DNA from: Elusimicrobia bacterium HGW-Elusimicrobia-2
Lineage (GTDB): Bacteria; CG03
Length of the DNA: 64,000 nucleotides
NCBI GenBank assembly: GCA_002841685.1
Contig: PHAM01000001.1
Location: forward strand, 7,086 to 71,085
Reading direction: 5' to 3'
Under the pieces are notes generated by a model that worked only from the letters and a program-made list of their open reading frames with translations, was not told the origin of the DNA and did no database searches. Below, piece after piece: positions 9,914 to 20,100 of this stretch (position 1 is the stretch's first letter; each line of letters begins with the position of its first letter). Both the position numbers and the translations under genes were made by a program.

Positions 9914-11185
9914 TCAAGCCGGGAACTTCTGTTTCTCTATAAAGCCGGCGGCAAAAGCCGCCGCAATACCCATAAAAAAACCGGCGGCCGCGGCACGACC
10001 GACGAATTTCTTTTTGTTCGGCGAAACAGGGGAACAGGGGACAACGGCTTTTGATATGATCTTGATATCGCCCAACTTCGCCGCTGAAGCTATTGAGACC
10101 TCCGTTATACGCGAAAAAAGAGAACTATATCTGGTTTTGGCTATGGTGCGAGACCGCGAACTCTCATCTTTGATAACATTCAACTCCGCGACGTGCGTAT
10201 CAAGAGCATACACATCTTTGTATAGTATTTCTTTTTCCGCTTTCAGATAATTCAACTCGTTTGAGAGGAATTCAACTTCAACGGCAACTTCCGCGATCTC
10301 TGATTCAAGTTTGCTGTAAATGGGATTGAGCTCTTCCGAAAAAATCTTCTGGCCATTTACAGATGAAAGATCTTTCCCCTCAATTATTTTAGCCCACAGC
10401 ACATCGTCCACGACCCCTTTGGCCAGACTCTTGTACTGTTTGTGTTTTTTGATCTCGTTTTTCAGAGCCGCCAAACGTATCTGCTGGATTTTTAATTTTT
10501 TTTCATTTCCTATGATCGACGTCTGGATGGCCTGCAGTTTCGCTTTTTTCACCTCAAGCTCGGACAACTTCAAATCAATGTTGTTTTTAATGGAAAGCTC
10601 TGAAAGTTTCCGTTCTTCCGCCACCATTTCGGCTTCGGCTTTTTTTAATTCGCTGTAAAGAAAAGACTGGGATGCCTCCGTCTCGCCCGAAATCATGGCT
10701 ATGACCTTATCCATATAAGCTCTGGACCATGCGTCGGCTACGCGGGCGCAGAGTTCGGGGTCCCTGCCTTTGACAGCCAGTTTTATCATTGAAGTGTCTT
10801 TTATTCTTTCGGGATAAAGCATCCCCAACACACCGGCCGCCGTAACGCCCTCAGTATTTATTTCGGCTCTTATACTCTCTGCTATATCCCCTGCCTTCAT
10901 AAGAGCGAGATGATCGGCCATGGAAATATAACTCGCGCTCTTGGATTTTCCGCTCAGATCAAGACTCAGTGAGGTGTCAAGAGGATTTTTAAGAAACTCC
11001 ATTTTTGAGGGAATTATCATGAGCATGGAAGAACTCTCATATATTTTCGGCTGAATGAGAGCGAAAACAAGTCCCGCTATAAAAAACGCCGCTGTGCAAA
11101 AAGCTATAATGCTGCGCTTCTCCCACAGCGTCATAAACATCCGTCCCAGATCTATCTCATCATCCATTCTGTCATCCTGTGTCAT
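9914..11185 (-). CDS. wzz: Polysaccharide chain-length determinant (Wzz/PCP family)
   Basis: N-terminal TM with Wzz-type motif, long coiled-coil periplasmic region, C-terminal TM; located in sugar-nucleotide gene array. Confidence 0.65.
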   Translation of the reverse strand: MTQDDRMDDEIDLGRMFMTLWEKRSIIAFCTAAFFIAGLVFALIQPKIYESSSMLMIIPSKMEFLKNPLDTSLSLDLSGKSKSASYISMADHLALMKAGDIAESIRAEINTEGVTAAGVLGMLYPERIKDTSMIKLAVKGRDPELCARVADAWSRAYMDKVIAMISGETEASQSFLYSELKKAEAEMVAEERKLSELSIKNNIDLKLSELEVKKAKLQAIQTSIIGNEKKLKIQQIRLAALKNEIKKHKQYKSLAKGVVDDVLWAKIIEGKDLSSVNGQKIFSEELNPIYSKLESEIAEVAVEVEFLSNELNYLKAEKEILYKDVYALDTHVAELNVIKDESSRSRTIAKTRYSSLFSRITEVSIASAAKLGDIKIISKAVVPCSPVSPNKKKFVGRAAAAGFFMGIAAAFAAGFIEKQKFPA

Positions 11186-11224
11186 TTTACTATCTCCTTA
11201 ATATTGATTTAATCAAAAAATTTC

Positions 11225-12340
11225 CTAAACCCCAAAATATTTTTTAATCTCGCCGCATATAAACTCTATCTTTTCCGCTTCAAGCTCCGGATACATGGGG
11301 AGGCTTATAATTTCGTCCTGGGTCTTTTCCGAAACCGGATAATCCCCTTTCTTATACCCCATATCGGCGCAAATGGGCTGCAAATGCAGAGAAAGCGGAT
11401 AATAAATATTATTACCGACGCCCTTTTCCGTAAGATATTTTTTCAGGCCGTCCCTTGTCTCCCGTCCGGGAAAAATACGGAGAGCGTAATAATTCATGGA
11501 GTGCCTGTACCCGTCAGGGATGAACGGCACCTCAACCTCTTTGACCTCTTTAAGGCCTTCGGCATATCCGGCGGCGTTTTGAATTCGCTTCTCTATCCAC
11601 TCGTCTATGTGATTCATTTTCACATTCACAATGGCGGCCTGCAGCGTGTCCAGGCGGCTGTTGAAACCGTGGAGACGGTAATCATAATCAGCGGAAAATC
11701 CGTGCATTCGCAGAAGTTTTATTTTTTCGGCGTATCCCCCGTCGTTCGTGACTATCATTCCCCCGTCGCCGTAACATCCGAGATTTTTGGCGGGGAAGAA
11801 ACTGAAACAGCCGAAATCGCCGAAACTGCCCGTCACTTTGCCGTCTATGGCGGCGCCGAAAGACTGTGCGCAGTCCTCTATCACTTTCAGATCATGTTTT
11901 TTTGCTATTCCCATTATGGCCGGCATATCACAGGGAAGGCCGTAAAGATGAACGGGCATCAGCGCTTTTGTCCGGGATGTGATCTTTGACTCAATAGAGG
12001 CCGGATCCATGTTATAAGTTTTCGGGTCAATATCGGCGAAGACCGGTTTAGCGCCGGCTCTTATAACGGCCTCAATGGTCGCTATGAATGTGAAAGGCGT
12101 GGTAATGACCTCATCGCCCTCCCCGATTCCCGCGGCTACGACGGAAAGAACAAGAGCGTCCGTTCCGGAAGCCACGCCCACACCGTAACGCGCCGCGCAA
12201 GAAGATGCTATCCTTTCCTCAAGCTCAACCACTTCCGGCCCGAGAATATACTTCCCTTCTCTCAGTACCTTATCCACAGCCCTCGCTATTTCATCTTTTA
12301 TTTCATTGTACTGTCCGAGCAAATCCGTTATCGGTATCAT
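11225..12340 (-). CDS. DegT/DnrJ/EryC1/StrS family PLP-dependent sugar aminotransferase
   Basis: Typical N-terminus 'LGPEV..LE..IA' and PLP-lysine region of DegT family; 371 aa; overlaps downstream gene by 4 nt. Confidence 0.9.
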   Translation of the reverse strand: MIPITDLLGQYNEIKDEIARAVDKVLREGKYILGPEVVELEERIASSCAARYGVGVASGTDALVLSVVAAGIGEGDEVITTPFTFIATIEAVIRAGAKPVFADIDPKTYNMDPASIESKITSRTKALMPVHLYGLPCDMPAIMGIAKKHDLKVIEDCAQSFGAAIDGKVTGSFGDFGCFSFFPAKNLGCYGDGGMIVTNDGGYAEKIKLLRMHGFSADYDYRLHGFNSRLDTLQAAIVNVKMNHIDEWIEKRIQNAAGYAEGLKEVKEVEVPFIPDGYRHSMNYYALRIFPGRETRDGLKKYLTEKGVGNNIYYPLSLHLQPICADMGYKKGDYPVSEKTQDEIISLPMYPELEAEKIEFICGEIKKYFGV

Positions 12341-13287
12341 CTCACACCCCCGGATCTCAAATTCAGTGATTTAAAATATTCGACGGCGCTCCGCAAGCCA
12401 TCTTTTAGAGGCACTTTCGGAGACCAGCCCAGTATTTTTTTAGCCCGGCTGATATCGGGGCACCTGACCTTCGGGTCGTCGGCAGGCAATTTGCCGAACA
12501 CTATTTTGCTGGAGCTGCCAGTTATGTTTATGATCGTCTCTGCGAAATCCCGGATTTTTTTCTCGTCCGGATTGCCTATATTCACGGGATCGTTTTCGGC
12601 ACTTTTGAAAAGACGGTAAATACCCTCCACCATGTCGTCTATGTAACAGAAACTCCTCGTCTGCGAACCATCGCCGAAAACGGTCAGGGGCTTGCCTTCA
12701 AGCGCCTGGTTTATCAGCTCGGGCACAACCCTGCCGTCATGAGCCCTCATTCTCGGGCCGTAAGTGTTGAAAATCCTGATTATCCTGCTGTCAACGCCGT
12801 GGGAATAATGATAGGCCATGGTCATGGCCTCCGCAAACCTTTTTGATTCGTCATAAACACCCCTGGGGCCCACGCAGTTGACATTGCCCCAGTATTCCTC
12901 TTTCTGCGGATTGACAAGAGGATCGCCATAAACCTCCGAGGTGGAAGCCATGAGAAAAACAGCCTTTTTGGCTTTCGCGAATCCCAGCGCCTTGTGCGTG
13001 CCGATCGACCCGACCTTCAAAGTCTGTATCGGGAATTTAAGATAATCCACGGGAGAGGCGCAGGAGGCCAGATGCAGTATACCGTCCACCGCGCCGTCAA
13101 CATAAATATAATTCGTCACGTCATATTCCATGAAAGAAAATTTTTGATTTGAGAACAGATGTTTTATGTTCTCCATGGATCCCGTGATGAGATTATCCAT
13201 GCAGATAATTTCAGCGCCTTCCTTCAGAAACCTGTCGCACAGATGCGAGCCTATAAAGCCCGCGCCGCCGGTGATAACAATCCTCAT
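12337..13287 (-). CDS. uxs: UDP-glucuronate decarboxylase (UDP-xylose synthase family, SDR)
   Basis: Rossmann '[11 protein letters not shown]' and '[10 protein letters not shown]...YDESKR' catalytic region closely matching UXS/ArnA-decarboxylase family. Confidence 0.85.
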   Translation of the reverse strand: MRIVITGGAGFIGSHLCDRFLKEGAEIICMDNLITGSMENIKHLFSNQKFSFMEYDVTNYIYVDGAVDGILHLASCASPVDYLKFPIQTLKVGSIGTHKALGFAKAKKAVFLMASTSEVYGDPLVNPQKEEYWGNVNCVGPRGVYDESKRFAEAMTMAYHYSHGVDSRIIRIFNTYGPRMRAHDGRVVPELINQALEGKPLTVFGDGSQTRSFCYIDDMVEGIYRLFKSAENDPVNIGNPDEKKIRDFAETIINITGSSSKIVFGKLPADDPKVRCPDISRAKKILGWSPKVPLKDGLRSAVEYFKSLNLRSGGVR

Positions 13288-14609
13288 ACTCTTCCCACTC
13301 CCCTGTAAAGAAATCCCAGTTTTTTCATTTTTGCGGGATCATAAAGATTCCTGCCGTCTATCAGAGCCGGCACCCTCATCAGCGATTTTACCTTTTTCAT
13401 ATCAGCTTTGGAAAACTCTTCCCATTCCGTCAGCAGCATGAGAGCGTCCGCTCCTTTGACGGCAGTCATGGCCTGAGCGTATTTGAGATTTTTCTCTTTC
13501 CCCAATATTTTTTTAAAACCGTCCATGGCGACAGGGTCATAAACACAGACCTGCGCGTTGAATTTAAGAAGTTCCCTGACGATATCTATGGCAGGGGCGT
13601 TGCGCAGATCATCCGTGTCCGGTTTGAAGGCGAGTCCCCAAACGGCGATCTTTTTCCCCTCTATGTTCCACACGATATCCTTGAGTTTGTCTATCACTGT
13701 CATACGCTGGCTCTCATTTATTCCGTAGACCTCTTTGAGCAGCTTGAAGTCTATACCCTCCTCGTGAGCCATATGGATGAAAGCCAGCACGTCTTTAGGA
13801 AAACACGAGCCCCCGAAACCTATCCCCGCGTCGAGAAAACGCCCGCCGATTCTTTTGTCGAGCCCCATGGCGAGAGAAATATCCTTTATGTCAGCGCCCA
13901 CCCTTTCGGCTATATTCGCCACGGCGTTTATGAAAGATATCTTTGTTGCGAGAAAAGAGTTGGACGCGTGTTTTATCAATTCCGAAGTTTCCGTGTTTGT
14001 CACTATCAGCGGCGCCTTAACCGGAGCGTAGATCCTGTGCATGAGCTCCTCGGCTTTTTTGCTCTCAACGCCTATGACGATCCTGTCGGGCTTGAGAAAA
14101 TCGCCTATGGCTTTCCCTTCCCTCAGAAACTCGGGATTGGATACAACGTCAAACGGAAGGTTTTTCTTATTGTATATTTTGACCGTCTGTTTTATTTTCT
14201 GACCGGTTGATGCGGGAACCGTGGATTTCTCAACAATAACTTTGTAACCGTTCATTGAGAGCGCCACCTCTCTGGAGACAGCCTCCACATACTGGAGATC
14301 GCATGAGCCGTCAGGGCGCGGAGGGGTGTTGACCGCTATGAAAATAGCATCCGATACAGGCACCGCTTTTTTCACGGAATCCGAGAATTTGAGCCGGCCG
14401 TTTTTCATGTTCTTCTTCAAGAGCTTATCAAGGCCGGGTTCATAGATGGGCATCAAACCTTTTTTCAGTTTCTTGATTTTCTCCTTATTGTTATCAACGC
14501 AGATGACACTGTGACCAATTTCGGCGAAACATATGCCGCTCACAAGGCCAACATAACCTGAACCGACAATGGCTATTCTCACACCCTTGGATGATCCTTT
14601 CTTTTTCAT
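13284..14609 (-). CDS. ugd: UDP-glucose 6-dehydrogenase
   Basis: N-terminal NAD-binding '[12 protein letters not shown]', catalytic Cys region 'GGSCFPKD'; 441 aa. Confidence 0.9.
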   Translation of the reverse strand: MKKKGSSKGVRIAIVGSGYVGLVSGICFAEIGHSVICVDNNKEKIKKLKKGLMPIYEPGLDKLLKKNMKNGRLKFSDSVKKAVPVSDAIFIAVNTPPRPDGSCDLQYVEAVSREVALSMNGYKVIVEKSTVPASTGQKIKQTVKIYNKKNLPFDVVSNPEFLREGKAIGDFLKPDRIVIGVESKKAEELMHRIYAPVKAPLIVTNTETSELIKHASNSFLATKISFINAVANIAERVGADIKDISLAMGLDKRIGGRFLDAGIGFGGSCFPKDVLAFIHMAHEEGIDFKLLKEVYGINESQRMTVIDKLKDIVWNIEGKKIAVWGLAFKPDTDDLRNAPAIDIVRELLKFNAQVCVYDPVAMDGFKKILGKEKNLKYAQAMTAVKGADALMLLTEWEEFSKADMKKVKSLMRVPALIDGRNLYDPAKMKKLGFLYRGVGRV

Positions 14610-15382
14610 TTTGCTGTCAAGCTCCTTATAAATTTTCTCTTATCACGGCTTTTCAGGATGGCCGTGCCGACGAGAAAAGAATTAAATCCCACTTTCACCG
14701 CCGCGTCTATGTCCCTCCTGCCCGTCACACCGCTTTCACACACAAGCGTTTCCGTTTTTACGTTACCTGCAAGAGCGGCAGCTTTCGCGAAACTGATCTC
14801 GCCGCTTTTCAGGTCCCTCGTGTTTATACCCAGCACCGGTATTCTCATACCTTTTATCTTCTCCCTGTCCCGCTCACAGTAAAGCTCAACGAGGGGCGTC
14901 ATTCCAAGCCGCCGGCTTAAATCAAACAAATTTCTTAACAAATCTTTATCCAGAATCCTGGCGATCAGAAGCAGCGCGTCGGCGCCGTAATATCTGGATT
15001 CATAAACCTGATATTCCGAAAAAATAAAATCCTTTCTCAACACAGGAAGAGGACATATCTTCTTCACCTTTCCTATCATATCCTGATTCCCGCCGAAAAA
15101 CCTGTTCTCCGTCAGCACAGAAACGGCGTCAGCTCCGGATGAGGCATACATTTCGGCCAATTTCTCCAGGTCAAAACGCCTGACGATCACGCCCTCCGAC
15201 GGCGATGACCTTTTTATCTCGGCGATCAGCGAATAGGGCCGGCTCCTGAGGGCTCCGGCAAAATCCCTCGTTTTCGCGGCTCGTCTGATCAGCGATTTCA
15301 TGCGGCTGAGCGGAAGCCGTTTCATGTCTTCGCCCACATCCATCTTCCGCTGTCTTACAATCTCAGTTAAAATATCGCTCAT
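14606..15382 (-). CDS. trpC: Indole-3-glycerol phosphate synthase
   Basis: Motifs 'IAEIKRSSPS...G' and 'SVLTE..FFGG' of IGPS; 258 aa; overlaps ugd by 4 nt; no other trp genes in window. Confidence 0.8.
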   Translation of the reverse strand: MSDILTEIVRQRKMDVGEDMKRLPLSRMKSLIRRAAKTRDFAGALRSRPYSLIAEIKRSSPSEGVIVRRFDLEKLAEMYASSGADAVSVLTENRFFGGNQDMIGKVKKICPLPVLRKDFIFSEYQVYESRYYGADALLLIARILDKDLLRNLFDLSRRLGMTPLVELYCERDREKIKGMRIPVLGINTRDLKSGEISFAKAAALAGNVKTETLVCESGVTGRRDIDAAVKVGFNSFLVGTAILKSRDKRKFIRSLTAK

Positions 15383-15525
15383 AATTCAGTCCAAATAGTA
15401 TTAAATCAGCGCTGATTCGGCAAGCGCAAAGCTGCCACTTTGGGCAAACGATAGCGAGTGTAGTGTAGCTTTGCGTGGCCGCTCTCTGTGATTGCGCGAA
15501 TTATGACCATTTGATAATATTAAAA

Positions 15526-16071
15526 ATGCTGAAAAAAGAAATACTCGTCAAAAAAAACAGGATACATAGAGGGAAAGCTATTGATTTTTTGGCCGACACC
15601 GTCCGTGTGCAGAATGGCAAAACAGCAGTCAGGGAATACACTGACCATCCGGGGGCGGCCGGCGCCCTGCCTGTTCTTCCCGGGAACAGAGTGGTCCTTG
15701 TACGCCAGTACCGTTATCCGGTGGGAAAATTCACCATTGAAATACCGGCAGGCAAACTTTCACGCGGTGAAAAACCGCTGGCTTGTATAAAAAGGGAACT
15801 GAAAGAAGAGGCCGGCTTGGCCGCAGGCAAATTCATACTGCTTTCCAAATACCAGCCGAGCGCCGCTTTTTCAACCGAAACGATACATGTTTACGCCGCC
15901 TTAAACCTTAAACACACCGGGGCCAAACCCGACGATGATGAATTTATAGAAAAAATAGAATTCGACCTGGATGAAGCTGTTCAAATGGTGCGGAAAAAGA
16001 AAATAGGCGACTCCAAAACTATCATTGCTCTTCTTTTGTGGAAGGATTTTCTAAACGGTCGAGAATCTTAG
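15526..16071 (+). CDS. NUDIX hydrolase (ADP-ribose pyrophosphatase-like)
   Basis: Nudix box 'GKLSRGEKPLACIKRELKEEAGL'; start moved to internal ATG (15526) because the longer ORF runs through the divergent promoter region. Confidence 0.8.
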   Translation: MLKKEILVKKNRIHRGKAIDFLADTVRVQNGKTAVREYTDHPGAAGALPVLPGNRVVLVRQYRYPVGKFTIEIPAGKLSRGEKPLACIKRELKEEAGLAAGKFILLSKYQPSAAFSTETIHVYAALNLKHTGAKPDDDEFIEKIEFDLDEAVQMVRKKKIGDSKTIIALLLWKDFLNGRES

Positions 16072-17140
16072 CTATTTTAGACGCCAAAACCTTAGCCTTT
16101 CTATAATCCGGGTCAAGAATAAGGACTTCATTGAGTTTCTGCTGTGATTTTTCATAAAAGCCCTGCCTGAAGAAAGACCTTGCCTCACGATAGAGACGGG
16201 TTTTTAATGTGGAATATCCCAGTCGCGCCGCGAGGGAAAAAGAATGTACAGCATCCCCTATTTCCACCGAGGTAAAACCGTAGTCAAATGAGAATCTGTC
16301 ATATTTAAGCCCGACGCCCGCGCTGAAACCCATAATTGAATCTATTGTGTTCATACCCGACCGGAATCTCAAAACTTCTCCCACCGGAATCTCTATACCG
16401 AAGGACTGGAAAGCCTCACCTTCCGACGGGAATGTCCCGGCAAAAGACAGGATGCTTCCCAGAAAACGTAAGTTTGCGCCAGCCCTCATAATAGACGGGA
16501 TTGTCTGGGGTGATGAGCCGCCGCCGAGCTCCATTTTACCCATAGGCAGAAAATAAGAGAAACCCGTGTTCAGAAGCCCAAAGCTGTATTCCGCGCCGTA
16601 ATGCAAAGCCGCGGCGCTCCCCTCATGTTCAGCCGATAAACGCTGACTCAGAGTGACAAAACTCAAGCCGGATGAAAATGCATCCGCGCGGTAACCAGCG
16701 CCGAGGGCAAAGAAAGAATCGCCGGCCGTAACGGCACCCATCGGCGTATCAAGAGCGCTGTAGGCGTCAATGCTGCCGTAATCCGAACTGAGAGAACAAA
16801 ATCCCGCGGTGAAAGCGGCATTAAGCGGAAGATAGGCGCTGACACCGCGCAAAGATATATCCTCCCACCAGAAAACCGTACCCGCCGACACCTCAGGCCT
16901 CGTAGCCCGCGCGGCGTGAGCGGGATTGATCAGGAAAGAGCCCGACCCCGCGAGAGAGGCGTTCGCGCCGCCGAGAGACACGCTCAAGGGATCCGCCGGC
17001 ACAAAGAGCATCTGCAGAAAAGAGGTTTCCGTCGCGCCCGGCGGCATTGTCAATAAAACCGACAGCAGCAGCGCAACGCCGGCGCGGACAAGAGTCGTGT
17101 ATTTACAGCGCGGCAGGTTTCTGAGAAATTTCAGTTTCAT
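16022..17140 (-). CDS. T9SS-associated outer-membrane beta-barrel protein (PorV/PorP-SprF superfamily-like)
   Basis: Signal peptide; N-terminal motif 'SFLQMLFVPADPLSVSLGGANASLAGSGSFLINPAHAA' resembling PorV/PorP family N-termini; Gly/aromatic-rich beta-strand pattern; 4-nt overlap with upstream T9SS cargo gene. Confidence 0.5.
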   Translation of the reverse strand: MKLKFLRNLPRCKYTTLVRAGVALLLSVLLTMPPGATETSFLQMLFVPADPLSVSLGGANASLAGSGSFLINPAHAARATRPEVSAGTVFWWEDISLRGVSAYLPLNAAFTAGFCSLSSDYGSIDAYSALDTPMGAVTAGDSFFALGAGYRADAFSSGLSFVTLSQRLSAEHEGSAAALHYGAEYSFGLLNTGFSYFLPMGKMELGGGSSPQTIPSIMRAGANLRFLGSILSFAGTFPSEGEAFQSFGIEIPVGEVLRFRSGMNTIDSIMGFSAGVGLKYDRFSFDYGFTSVEIGDAVHSFSLAARLGYSTLKTRLYREARSFFRQGFYEKSQQKLNEVLILDPDYRKAKVLASKIAKILDRLENPSTKEEQ

Positions 17141-20100
17141 TGTATGATCACCAGCTTCCCTCTCTTCTCATTCTCGCCCGATTTTATTCTGTAAATATAA
17201 ACCCCCGACGGAAGTTTGACATCCGTCCAGCCCGTAAAAAGCCCGGGGGGTGAGGCCGTAGCGTCCGTATAGCTGAATTCCTTGAGGAGCCGGCCCATAA
17301 TATCGTATATTTCTATTTTAGCGTCACTGCCCGAAGGAAAAGAAAAGATTATACCATTGCCTATGTCTTCGCTCTTTTTATAGGGCACCGGATATGGATG
17401 AGCGTCTTCTATGCTGAAAAGCGGCCCGCCCATCAGGGCATAAGTTGAAAAATGCCATAGATCCGCCTGGACTTTTTTCTGCGATTTAACGAGCCGGGAA
17501 CTGGGCAGCTTTATCCAGGAAGTCGTATCCGAGAGCCAGTAGATGGCCAGGGATTCCACTCTGACGGGAGGCGATAAACCGTCCACAAAACCGTCGGAGC
17601 CGCTGTCCTCATAAGAGAAAGATAATGTGACGCTGCCCGCGAAAGTTGTTGAAATAACATTATCAAAATCATCGTAAAGGCCCAGCGTCACGACACCGCC
17701 GATGATCCTGCTGTGCGACGGCGCGCCCATGGCGCTTTCGCGCGCGAAGGCGGCGTTTATTTTTTCGTTCTCATCATCAAGGAGCATCTCTATCCTCCCG
17801 GAACCGAAAAGAACCCCATCAGGCACTGTGATAGCGGCAGGACCGGTGGACAGCGTAAATCCTGACGAAAGATCAAATAGCGTCTCAAACTCAAAGGAAA
17901 AAACAGAGGGCAAATAATTCAAAGACATGTCGCGAATGCCTGTTGTCACCGTCACTCTATAACCGCAACCATATTCCAGAAGGGAATGAGGCAAGACGGT
18001 CACTACACAGGCCGAAGAAATATAATTGACATCCGAAAGAACATTTTCGGAAACGGCAATACCCTCATGGTTTTTGATTTTTGTCAGATAAACATTCGCG
18101 TTCGTCACCGAGTCGGAATGAAGAGATTCGCTGAAATGTATCCACATATCAGCGTCAACGTCTGATTTCAAGAGGGTATCCGGCGCGTAATCAATAACCC
18201 ACGGGGCGCTGGTCTCCCGCGTCAGGGGGACAGAGAGGGCGTTTTCCCTGCTTATGCTCTCGAGCCAGTTGCCGGAGTAATCATAACCCAATTCGCCGCA
18301 GGCCAGATAAAGTGTGGTAATGCCGAGATTTAAAAGCTCTACATGCTTATCTTCGGAGGGATAAAACCAGAAAATATTCGCGGAGGCGCTGCTGATGGTT
18401 ATTCCGTCTTCAAACGTCACCTTTGTTTCAGGGCCGGTGCTGGAAGTGTAGACAGATAAAAGCGTACCGATATCTTCCGCCCAGCCCGATATCTCATCGT
18501 TGAACTGCAGCCGGAAACCCGATAATTTTGCCGGATCACTCTCATTCTGAGCGTAAAACTGATTTTCCGGATAGGGTGGGTTAGTGTCTTTGATCCAGAC
18601 AATTTCCATGCTTGTTTCATCCGGCGTGTTGCCCGCGGAATCTTTAATTGAAGCGGATGTCAAATGAATATACAAACTCTCCGCGTCCCTGCCCCAAAAA
18701 GCTATCTGACGCCATTTTTCAAGCGACAGATTAAAATATAGAGTTGATGAAGATGATGCCTCGTCATATTCCGTCTCTTCAAGACTTATCCTCGGTGAAG
18801 ACCCGTCAGGAAAAAGCGGCGATGTCGATATGAAAATATTTTCATAGGAAATAACATCGGGTCTTTTATTGCAAAAAATGATCAGTTCCGCGGAATTTAC
18901 AGGGGAATAGGATTCCTCTCCGTGGCTGTAGCTGGCGCTCCCAGTAACCGGTTTCAGGTTATCCACGGTAAAAGGGTTTGATACGGCCGCTGAAAACTGT
19001 GTCACACCGTATACATCTTTTACGAGAGTTCTCAAAAAAACGCTTTCATATAAGGCGCCCGGAAGATCCTCCGCGCTTTTCCACACCACATCCAGTGCGA
19101 CGCGGGTGCCGGAAGACATAATGAGCGGTTCTTGCGCTGTGCCTATCTGAAAATAATCGGAATTATCCACTTCCGGCGGGGCAAGAGGATGGAACGCGCC
19201 GTCAAAATAAAAAGCTGTCACGGCCGTAGATAATGTAACAGCGTGCCATGGCGCCCCTGCGGCGGAGCCGCTTGTGGAATAACTCACATTGACAAAAGAA
19301 TCAAAATCATCCGGATGCGAACAAAAAATTCGCGCAGATATCCTTCCGTCGCCGGAAGATGACTGCGCGGGCACATTCTCCATCCATGACGAAGGCCCGT
19401 CTCCGGTTATAACGCTTATTTCCTCGTCCGGCCAGAAGGTATTCCCTAAAGAATCATAAACACAGAGCCTGAAATAATATCTGGTGCCAGCCGAGAGATC
19501 ACCCACATTGGCGATACGCGTGGTGATCGACCCCAGCACCGTCTGCTGTACCGGCCCCCACGAGAGACAATATTCATCCACACCCGGAGAAGTGCTGTAA
19601 TAGATCACATATTTCAAAAAATTATGCTCTATCACAGAGATAGATGTGTCATCATCATTGAGATTCCATTGAAGCTGTACATGGGAGGAGTCGTGCCCCC
19701 TGTGCCTGAAACGCGTTATTCCCGAAGGCTCCAGCGTGTCCAGCATAAAAGACGACGAATAAAGCCGGGAGGATTCGTCAATGCCGTCAGAAATAATAAA
19801 TGTCACTTTAACATTGTTATAATAAACCTGCCCGATATCGTTCAACGCGTTAAAGACAAAATCCTGAAGAGAGCCTGTCGAGCAAAAACACAAAGGATCG
19901 GAGAAAGCGCTGTCTGCTGTATTAGATGAGATTCCTATCATCGCCCCGTCAAAATTCTTTAAAAAAAGGCCATCATATGACCACGAATCGTTATTCGCGT
20001 CAAAGCCCCTGTAAAGAAAATCCACATTCCCGCTGCCGTCACTTCTCTGCGAAACGGAGATAGCGCTCAGCGTCGGCCTGTTATTGGTAGCCGCCGAGGC

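Noticed and set aside
11384-11989. 201-aa plus-strand ORF antisense to the DegT aminotransferase
   Set aside because: Shadow ORF; the minus-strand gene has unambiguous family motifs.
15383-15525. Imperfect inverted repeat GCGCAAAGCTG...AGCTTTGCG in the trpC/NUDIX divergent promoter
   Set aside because: Short and imperfect; could be an operator but there is nothing distinctive enough to call. It resembles the GAGCGA-type repeats only weakly.
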